Assembly: GCF_020745735.1 (NCBI RefSeq)
Contig: NC_083424.1
Location: forward strand, 49,834,999-49,898,998
Direction of reading: 5' to 3'
DNA length: 64,000 nt
Origin: Hemiscyllium ocellatum
Lineage: Eukaryota
Of the stretch, positions 50,676-60,134 are shown in pieces (positions within the stretch are counted from its first letter, which is position 1; every line of letters begins with the position of its first letter). A model generated the notes under the pieces. The model was not told the DNA's origin. It did no database searches and saw only the letters and a list, made by a program, of their open reading frames with translations. The position numbers were made by a program, and so were the translations under genes.

Positions 50676-51339
50676 ATAGGTCATAGAGCAGGTGGGAATT
50701 GAACCTAGGCCTCCTGGCTTAGAGGAGGGACATTAACGCTGTTGCTACAAGGGCCCTAGTAACTCATGTTCACCTATAAAGTTTAAATATCAATCAAAGG
50801 ATAACTTTTGTTTAAACCCCTTTTTTTAACACCGTCCCGATTCGTAAACAAGTACTTTTTCCACTCCCCTCCTTGCTACGTTGAGCAGCTGTCCTTTCCA
50901 GCATTGATTTCTTGTTGATTCCCAGCAGTGTCGGATTATCATAACACCCATTTTGTTTACAAAAACATGAAAGAACTGCGGATGCTGGAAATCGGAAACC
51001 AAAACAGAAAGCGATGGAAAAACTCAACAGGTTCGGCATCTGGAGAGAGAGAAAGGGAGTTAATCTTTTCGGGTCGATGACCTTTCATTAGGGGTTAACT
51101 TTTATTTATATTTTTAAAGGGAAGAAACGGGATACCAAAATAACGAAGACCCCGCCCAAATGAACTGATATTGTGATCCCTCTGAGAAAATGCAACCTAT
51201 GACTTTAAGATTTTATTGTAATCTAACAGCCTGAAATGTATCAAAATTGTGATTAGTGCTAGAGTGTGATTCATTTAGAATTCGGCTTTTGATGCAGGTG
51301 AACAAAGCCAATTTTTAAACTTCCGCACAAACTCTGGGT

Positions 51340-51640
51340 GGTGCAGGTGTTTCCTATATTCCTGAGTGAGACGAACAAGCTGAACTCACGGTGGATTGAT
51401 CTGATCCAAGACATTTTCTACAGCGCTGAGATCTCTGATACTGCCCGTTTCCCACGTGTGAAGAAACAAAGAGGACGCGTGCAGCTGGTGCCTTTCAACA
51501 GAGACTTGGCTCACATCATTTATTCGGGCATTAACCACCGAACAGTTGGTGAAATGGATCTGAAATACTAACAGAATGTTGCACATACAGACTCCCACGT
51601 TTGAACAGATCATCTATTTTTCCTGTCTCTCCCACACGCA
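51340..51640. promoter_or_regulatory. Candidate Notch/proneural enhancer of hes5
   Basis: CSL TTCCCACG 51449 overlapping CGTGTGAA 51455; SOX AACAAAG 51465; class-C CACGCG (minus) 51476; CAGCTG 51482; weaker CSL variants at 51592 and 51629. Confidence 0.55.
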
Positions 51641-52059
51641 CGGACACATATATGTTCATCAGGCATACACAGATACAAAAATTAAACAATTATTAGGTAC
51701 AACAGTCGGGTATTCATTTTACTTAAATCCCGCTGATTCAGTAACTTGAGAATGGAAAACATGAGTTCCAGCAAATATTTCAGTACTAGAATATTTTTGC
51801 AAAGCGTTAATGCCATAAGATTAAAGTTATTGCAATCTGCTTCTTGGGTGCAACAATGAAGATACTTTGTCTTTAATCATAATGTTTTGGGAATTGATTT
51901 GTAATACACTCATGATCCTCTCTACCTTTATTTTGAAATGATATATTTCTCCAACTTTAATTCAACTGGATATGGTTGTGTCATCTATCGCACCACTCTA
52001 TTGACTTGATGTTTAGAGGGCTAAAGCTGAATTAACTGAGAAACGGCAAATATCTAACC

Positions 52060-52077
52060 TTGCAGCAGGGGGCGCTC
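52060..52077 (+). promoter_or_regulatory. Candidate CTCF site
   Basis: GCAGCAGGGGGCGC at 52062-52075, 13/14 match to CCAGCAGGGGGCGC. Confidence 0.55.
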
Positions 52078-53049
52078 TACTACGGTTTAGATGATGTCAC
52101 TGTGAGGACGATTTATTCTGCTGAATTTAACATGGTGTAGTTGATCAATGATGCCCGTTGGTACCTGAAATGGAAATAATAACCTTCTTCACCTTCGTCA
52201 AAAAAAATAACAAATTCTATGTATTTACAACAGAGCAATAACGAGTTGCATTGATTCACTTTCTTTGCTTGTGTTCTTTCCAATGCTACAAATCTTGCCT
52301 GAGGAAGTTCATTTTTATACACACAAAAGTCTCCTGATTTAAACTCAAACTACATGATATATTTTCTTCTAGAATCTTTAGGGGTTCCGAAACAGCTCAT
52401 CAGCATGAAGTCTGCTAATATTAAATTGAGAAATGCAAAAGTATTTGGATTATTAATAAGCCTGTTCAAAAGAGGATCACAAAAGTTTGCCTTTCTGACC
52501 TATAGCAATACATATTAAGATGATTCCGATTTCCAAAAATTACCAATTGTGCAACTAAAAAGACGAAAGGAGACTGGAAGAAACTGTGAATGAAATCTTA
52601 GAAATTGAAAAGGGAAAATGTACTCGTTTGAAATCTTTTTTTGCTGTGAATGGTCACTTCTTAAAACAGACTGTAAACTCACACCGATTGGATATTAGAA
52701 ACGCGCAATTAACAGTAGTGGACAGAATGAAACGTCCTCCACATGCTAACATCTGTGATCTCACAGGTTTTATTCTTCAAAGTAAAAAGGATGCGGGGGA
52801 GAGATTACTTTAAAATGGACCAGCGGTGTACGAACAAGCGTACTTTCTGTCACAGAATTCCCTCTTTAACAATGACAGGAGGATCTTTCCCAGGGTCCCA
52901 TAACCTCAGATGAGAGTAATTTCCTCTGACTTACTGTGTCATACGTGCCGTCCAGATGGTCCTCAGAGACTGCTGTAGACAAAGGGTTGAAAACGGCCCT
53001 TAATTCAGCATTTAGAAAGAAAAGCTTCTGCTATTGTGGCTCCGACGCT

Positions 53050-53130
53050 TTCGATTGGCTGCCGACTGTGGGAAACACCACGAGAAACAGGCACACGCTC
53101 TCTCATGGGCAGGAGGGCGGATAAATAGCG
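53050..53130 (+). promoter_or_regulatory. hes5-like proximal promoter
   Basis: Inverted CCAAT 53054-53058, CSL TGTGGGAA 53067-53074, N-box CACGAG 53079-53084, GC box GGGCGG 53115-53120, TATA-like ATAAATA 53121-53127. Confidence 0.72.
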
Positions 53131-53212
53131 TGGCAGGACCCCTTCCCTCAGCAGCGTCTCTCCAGCTGATCCCAGTCTCAAAGCTAACTGCGGCGCAGTC
53201 TGCTCCGAAAGA

Positions 53213-53287
53213 ATGGCTCCTAAAATCTCCGGAGGCAGCCCAAAGGAATATTCCGAGGAAAAGATCACACGAAAGGAGAAGTACAAG
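53213..53287 (+). CDS. hes5: Hes5-like bHLH repressor, exon 1 (MAPKISGGSPKEYSEEKITRKEKYK)
   Basis: ATG at 53213, donor AAG|GTAAGT at 53288; phase 0 joins exon 2 in frame. Confidence 0.88.
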
Positions 53288-53401
53288 GTAAGTAAGTCTC
53301 TGCGCTTTTTTTTAAAAAACTGAATGATTCAGGGTTTTTTAAACGTCTTGTGTTCTACGTGAAAAAGCTGTTGTTAATTCGCTTCGCTTTTCATCTCTTA
53401 G

Positions 53402-53582
53402 TTGATGAAGCCAATTATAGAGAAAAAGCGCCGAGATCGCATCAACAGCAGCATTGGACAACTCAAGGCTTTACTGAGGGAAGAATTTCAGAATCAGGAG
53501 CCCAACATGAAAATGGAGAAAGCTGACATCTTAGAGATGACCGTGAATTACCTGAAACTACACAACCAGAGAATGTTCACAG
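53402..53582 (+). CDS. hes5: Hes5-like exon 2 (bHLH)
   Basis: Acceptor CTCTTAG; LMKPIIEKKRRDRINSSIGQLKALLREEFQNQEPNMKMEKADILEMTVNYLKLHNQRMFT; basic-region Pro and the RDRINSSI hallmark of the Hes5 subgroup; donor G|GTATCT. Confidence 0.95.
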
Positions 53583-53690
53583 GTATCTGTCACTGTGTGT
53601 TTGACTGCTGATTAACCAGACTCTGTTGATAGCTCGTTATTATTACCCAGTAATATCCAGCTAAGCCGGTTTGTTTGCTTCTTCCTGCAG

Positions 53691-53944
53691 TGACCTACAG
53701 CAAGAGCCTCACCCAGAATTTTAAAGAGGGCTATTCCCGCTGTCTGCAGGAGATTCAGCATTTCAGCTTCTCCCCAGAGGGCACAAGCGACGTGCAGAAC
53801 AAACTGGTGACCCATTTGCACAGAGCTCAGGAGCCGGCTAAGGGCCTGTGTTACCCACTTCCTCCCATTCATCTTCCAGTCTGTCAACCGGTAACCAAGC
53901 AAGAACTGAACCCCAGCGTCACAGCGCTCTGGAGACCCTGGTAG
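53691..53944 (+). CDS. hes5: Hes5-like exon 3 (Orange domain + WRPW)
   Basis: Acceptor CTTCCTGCAG; ..FKEGYSRCLQEIQHF..KLVTHL..ALWRPW-stop; spliced product 169 aa. Confidence 0.95.
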
Positions 53945-56149
53945 GGAGAGCTGAAAGGTGTTTGCTGTGAGCAAGGAAGAAAAAGTTACACCCGTGAAAC
54001 GCTAGGGTTGTACCCTGGTGTGAAATAGTATTCCATAATGAAAGAACTATTATTTAATGCTTTTCTCTGAAGAAAATCGAAATTCTTTTAATATATGAAC
54101 TATTTTCGTTTAATTTTAAAAACGTGACTGCCATGTTATGGAGTATTCTGCAATATTTGTAGGTGACTAATATCACACATAAACTGGCAGCTAACTCGGT
54201 CATTGGGCTGCCTATTATAATTAGGCAGTGCTATCCGAGCTATCCTTTTATAAAGGAATGTCAGTGATGTGTTGTGAGTAGTCTTCTTACTGAGGACTGT
54301 CTGTATTTTTTTTTAAAAAGGAAGTGCCTTGAGTGTATGCTGGTGTACCAGTATGCAGACGAGTGTCATAGAGTGTCTTGCATTATCGTGAGTTTTTCAA
54401 CATTTTAGAGATCAATCGGTTCGATTATTCCTTGTGTATTGTTAGTGTGACAGATATTTTACTCTGTTCCATTTCGTAATGTTCCCTGCGTATTACAGGA
54501 ATTTGCTGTTTGTATTGTCTCCTGCACCTTGATGCAAATTCTTCTTTGGCTATCTAAATGCTAGGAGAAAACGAGGACTGCAGAAGGGCTTATGTCCGTT
54601 ATGGAGATTCTCCTGCTCCTCGATGCTGCCTGGCAGGCCGTGTTTTTCCAGCACCACATTCTTGCCCTTGCCCTGTAACAATGCGGGTTATGAATCAAGC
54701 CTCAATCCCAAGTTTCACTGTATATTGCATTGTAACAATGCTGATCTAAATATATTCCTCTACTCGAGCTTCTGGTTGTAAATATGTCCTATCTATACTG
54801 ATGGTGAATCCATGCACAAGCTATAATCACAATCCTATGTTAAAATCGTTATTTCATTGTAACAATGCTAATTCTGAATAAATGATTGCATTGACAATTC
54901 CTTCTCTGTGTCTAAGTGAATGCATGTTAAGCAGTCCGTAATCTGTTTATAGTTGGCAATTACACCTCTGCCACTAAAAGTCAAAACAGCTGAGATATGC
55001 TTATAAGGTATTTTTAGTGCAGATTCCCACAACTAACACCAGTCATATTTATGTCTGCATATTATATTGATTTATTTAGGTAATTTCTCATTTTTATTGC
55101 TTAAATTAATGCTGTTTGTGTCTTTTAATGACACTTCATATAAAATCTATCAGACATGACTGATTGGGGGAGTGAATCAGTGTTCAGCTGCTAATTGCTG
55201 CCAATATTTTGACAGAGGATTACCATACCTGGTGATGGCACATACTTTACTCTCTGTCTCATATTTTCTGTCCAGTTCTTGTTGCTTCCTGTAATTTCTT
55301 CATTATTAGCATCATTTTATTCCAACAAGTAAGGATATGTTGTAATGTCCCTACCTCTGGGACAGAAGGCACAGGTTGAAGTCTCACTGGCTTTAGTTCT
55401 GTGTGCTAACAGGTCTGAACAGGTTGGTTACCATATCAATTACCACAAGCAAATTCACGTTAAACAATTATTGGTTAATTAATCCAGGGCTGAGGCAAAA
55501 TTTGTATCGCATTCATGAGTTAACCTTTCATGTGTACATGTCAATGTTTGACTTGACATGTACACAATTACCATATTAAGGGTGGCAAGACCTGGATTTC
55601 ATAGAGGAAAAGGCAAATGTGGAAACTGATAGGACCTCAAATATATCCTCAAAAGTTTAATGCAAGCGTCATTCAGTTTTGTAGGGTTAAACTGGGCCTG
55701 CAGAGTTTTACAGTAGAGTCTGTGTTTGGCTTTGGAGGAGGGAGATGGGGCAACTCAGTAAAAGACATAACTTGATAAGACTGAAAGAATGATTCGACAT
55801 AGCTAATTGACTGAATGCACATACTTGGAAATGTACATCCACAGCAAACATACTAAGTAAGGGCAGAAGTAGACATTCAGCCCCTTGAGCCTAAACCACT
55901 ATTCAATCCAATTATGGCTGATCTATTTGTATTTTGAATTTCACGTTCCCATTACCCTTGATTGCCTTGCCTAAGAGAAATTATCCACCTCTGTCTTTAA
56001 AATATTTGAAGACACTGCCCCCAGAGTGTTCCATAATCCCATAACACTTTGAGAGAACATAATTCTGCTCATCTCTGTCCTGAAAGGGCATGCATTTAAG
56101 ATCACCACAGATTATGAGAGAGAGGCCCCTAATGGAAATGACTCCGGGC

Positions 56150-56375
56150 AAATAATTAAGAGGGCCAGAGAATAGGTTCAAATCCCTTCATGTTAATAGT
56201 GATGACCATGAAACTCTCTTCAATTGCTTTAAAAGAAAATTTTGTTCACTAATGTCACTTAAGGAGTCAAATCCATTATGGTTATCTGGTCTGGCCCAAA
56301 TGTGACTCCACGCTCACATCAATGTGATTGGCTCTTATTTGCCCTTTGCAATACCTGATCAAGTCACTCAGTTCA
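56150..56375 (+). mobile_element. Deu-domain SINE (SacSINE1-like), decayed
   Basis: GTTCACTAATGTC..TCTGGTCTGGCCCAAATGTGACTCCA core. Confidence 0.55.
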
Positions 56376-56381
56376 AGTAAA

Positions 56382-56506
56382 AAATGAGGTCTGCAGATGC
56401 TGGAGATCACAGCTGAAAATGTGTTGCTGGTTAAAGCACAGCAGGCCAGGCAGCATCTCAGGAATAGAGAATTTGACGTTTCGAGCATAAGCCCTTCATC
56501 AGGAAT
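56382..56506 (-). mobile_element. Family A PLE terminal repeat with intact hammerhead core (56475-56502)
   Basis: Minus strand CTGATGA-A-GGGC-TTAT-GCTC-GAA-ACGT-C; one G-U pair in stem II, stem I mismatch. Confidence 0.8.
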
Positions 56507-57914
56507 ATGTTCAAGGCCATGTAGTTGTTCTGAGCAAGTGTTGGCCTTTAAGTTGACAGTTGAATACAGGTGGCATTTATCAGAGTGTCAATGAGGGAGA
56601 ACAGGTCATGGAGTCAAAGAGACAAATAGAATGGAAACAGTCCCTTCAGTCCAACTCATCCATGCTGACCAGGTTTCCCCAGCTAAACTAGCCTCCTTTC
56701 TGAAGAGAAAGCAGAAAGCCTCCTATACCCAGAGCCAGCCGGCAGCACCACCATTAACAGGAAGCAGCGATCAAACAAAAATGGGTATTTGTGAGGTTGG
56801 CAAGTTGAAGTAAGTGGAATGTCACAGGGCTCAGTGTGGGACCTCACCTATTTAGACCATACAAAATGTGGTGGCAGTGACAGTAAATTATATTGTGGAT
56901 TGCTTGGAAGTGTGGATGAACTGGGATCAAAGTAGTTGTTATCAGTTCAATGTACAATTTTATCATTACAATGTACAATTTTATTTTGTTTGCACACAGC
57001 TATCTACTTTAACAATTTCGTTTGAATGACATCCATTCTAAGGGTTTGGAGGATAATTGATCCTAAAATATTTTATTCATAACAATGTAGGACTCTCCAT
57101 TGTTAAAAAAAAGTTGCAGAAATAAAGTTGCCTTGATTTGCAGAATAATAAGACAATGATCAGACATTTTTTTTAAAGATCAACACATTTCATGTCAATT
57201 GTTATTTGCAATAACATTCATTCCATTTCTGGAGTTTAATTTCCTTATATCTATGCTGTGACAATAAGCAAAATCGTTTTGACAAGTCTTTGTATGATTT
57301 CTAAAAGGATGGGGCTAACACTTTGTCAATAAGTATTCAGACTAATGTTCCAGAGACATGTCTTCAATTCCACTATAGTTGGGAGATAAATCAGCAATGA
57401 AACAGAAAGTTTGAAAAGCAGTATCACAATCAGCGTTGACTTGGGAACTAGATATGGCAAATATAGAATAAATGTGTCATCTGTGAAGTTGACCTCACCA
57501 ACTTGTGGAGACGTGTCACAAACTTAGACAATATGGCCACAGTAGTCCTCAGTATAGGCCTTAAAATAGTCACACTCATCAAATCAAATCTTAAATTCAA
57601 CATCCTAGATATTTCCACCATTATCCCTATTGTGTCTCATTCCACTGCCATACTACAACTGCAGGGGTTCCTTGGTTTTATAAAGCACTTGCGTTCCAAC
57701 ATAAGGTCAGAAGTCAGAATGTTTGCTGATAGTTTTGTATCATTGCAACTCCAGAGATGCTGACATTTGTTGCCGACAGATAGTGAGACCTGATAATCAT
57801 TCAGGATTGGGCTGATAATTGGCAAGGAAGAGTTGCACTGAACAGATTTCACACCAATGATGACTAAGGAAGGATCTAGCCATCTCCTTTTGACATTCAA
57901 CAGACATTACCTCA

Positions 57915-58250
57915 GGAAAGGCAATGGTCTAGTGCTATTATTGCTGGACTGTTAATCCAGAGACCTAAGTAATGTTCTGAGACCTGGGTTTGATGGTGAA
58001 ATTTGAATTCAATAAAAATCTGGAATTTAAAGCTCTAATGACTGTGAAACCATTGTTGATTATCAGGAAAAACCCACCTGATTCATTAATGTCCTTTAAG
58101 GAAGGAAACGACCATCCTTACCTGATATGGCCTACAAGTGACTCCAGACCACAGCAATGTGGTTGACTCTAACTGCCCTCGGCCATTAGGGATAAGTAAT
58201 GAACAATAGCCAAGCAAGCAACATCCTCATTCCACAAATGAATTTTTAAA
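57915..58250 (+). mobile_element. Deu-domain SINE (SacSINE1-like)
   Basis: CATTAATGTCCTTTAAGGAAGGAAA..CCTTACCTG..GGCCTACAAGTGACTCCAGACCACAGCAATGTGGTTGACTCTAACTGCCCTC. Confidence 0.65.
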
Positions 58251-58979
58251 AGCAGCAATGCCATCACTGTACCCACCCTAAACATCTATGACCTTTCCAT
58301 TGACCAGAATCTTAGATGGATGTGCCATATCAATACTGTGAGTGTGAGACCTGGTCATGGGCCTAGAATGTTTCAGTAAATAATACTCCTCTCTTGACTC
58401 CACAAATCCTATTCATTATCTGCAAGCATACTCTCCACTTGTCTGTTTAAGTTCAGCTTCACCAATGCTCAAGATCCTTGATATCATCCAATGCAAAGCA
58501 GCCTACATTTTTCAGAATCTCATCACCACCTAAACATTCACTTACTTCACCAGACAACACACTGACATTAGTGTGTACCACATACTACCGCCCCACTTTA
58601 AGAACACTTTCCAAACTCACAATCTCTACCACCTATTCAAGACAAGGTAAACACACCTTTGCAACATAACCAGAGCTGTTCTCCTTCCAAATGATGCATC
58701 ATCCTGACTTGTAACAAAATGGTGATTCTTTCACCTTCACTGGATCAAAATCCTGGAACTCCCTTCCTAACAGCACTATATATGCACCAATATATTGTCG
58801 CCACCACCTTCTGAAAGATAAGGATAACAAATTTATTTCTGACTTTGCCAGCCGCACTCACATCTCAAGAACGAATAACAAAATGGTGTGCTGCAATGCA
58901 TCTTTTTATCTTAATATGCGAAGCAAGATTTCCAGATGTCCAATTTCCACTCTTCAAGTGTGGCTCAACTCTGAAATGT

Positions 58980-59192
58980 CAATAAAATTCACAGTGCACA
59001 CTTAAAAACAATATCAGGTTGCTAAAGAGGGATCGGATTTCCTCCCAGGATAGCGCATACCTGACTATCAAGTTTTGCATAATGCCCAAAACATCGATCC
59101 TCCTGCTTTTCAGATGCTGCCTGACCTGCTGAGCTTTTCCAGCACCACACTCTGGACTCTGATCTCCAGCATCTGCAGTCCTCACTTTCTCC
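58980..59192 (+). mobile_element. Family A PLE repeat fragment (clearest at ~59080-59192)
   Basis: GCCCAAAACATCGATCCTCCTG...CATCTGCAGTCCTCACTTTCTCC. Confidence 0.65.
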
Positions 59193-60134
59193 CTATCAAG
59201 TTAAGTCTGTTCAATTAAACTGTCACAGAGCAGATCAAATAACTTCAGTGTGAAGACAGCAACAATTACACTGTTACATTGTGACATAATTGACAATTGA
59301 CAAATGAAAGAAAAATAAAAGATTGTGGCACATGGAGTGGGAAAAAGAGTTCTCTTTAGGATGGATGCTTTTATGAGCTTTAACCTGTATTGTTCCATTT
59401 GACTACTTATAGCTTTCTACAGGGTCCGGCCTGTGCAGCTACTGCATAGGCTCAATATGGAGTAAGTAGTTCATTGCCATGACATTAGTAACTCCCTCTT
59501 TAATGAGATGAAACAAAGTCTGTCTCAACTCAACATTCATTCAAATTTCTACCTGAAACATGAAGTCAGAGTTTTCACCTTTGGCTTGAAATATGAACAG
59601 CTGAGTACTGACTGCAAGTGGATGAAGAACAGAAGGCTAGGTATTCGGCTTGATCAATGACATATTTACAATTACTCAGACTGGTAACAAAACTATTTCT
59701 ATGATTGCAAGTGTTTATAACAGGAATCAATGGCAACATGGTTTGTAACATGGGACCTGCCTAATCTGCTGTGAATTTTCGCCACTTCTGCTATGCAATT
59801 TGATGGGCTGTTGACTTTGTTTTGGTTACAGGTCCTTCCAGTGCCTCAGTGCTGGCTGTGTAACGCATTTTGCATGTTGCTAAGCAGCTGGAGACAAGCA
59901 TCAGAAGCTCCAGTGATCACAGTTTGCACTGCCTGTGCTCTGGTGCCGATGTTACTCTGCTCTGTGAATATATTCCTGTCCGCAGCCCACTCCTGGAGTA
60001 TGCTTGACTCTGGTAAGGGTTGGCTTTGTCAGTGCCAGCCTAACAGCTGCCTCTATCTGTATCAAATGACTCATTGGGAATTAGATTGAAATTACATGAT
60101 TGAGTTTTTAAAATAAATTATAAAGAAGATTTTT

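Noticed and set aside
50681-50760. tRNA gene (also tRNA-like heads at 14402, ~22070-22125, 29146, ~55330-55390)
   Set aside because: No convincing cloverleaf or acceptor stem; these are SINE heads or their remnants.
54532-54539. Octamer as the IgL V promoter (also ATTTGCAT at 45572)
   Set aside because: No leader or V exon follows on the minus strand; 54532 points into hes5 and 45572 is in the wrong orientation.
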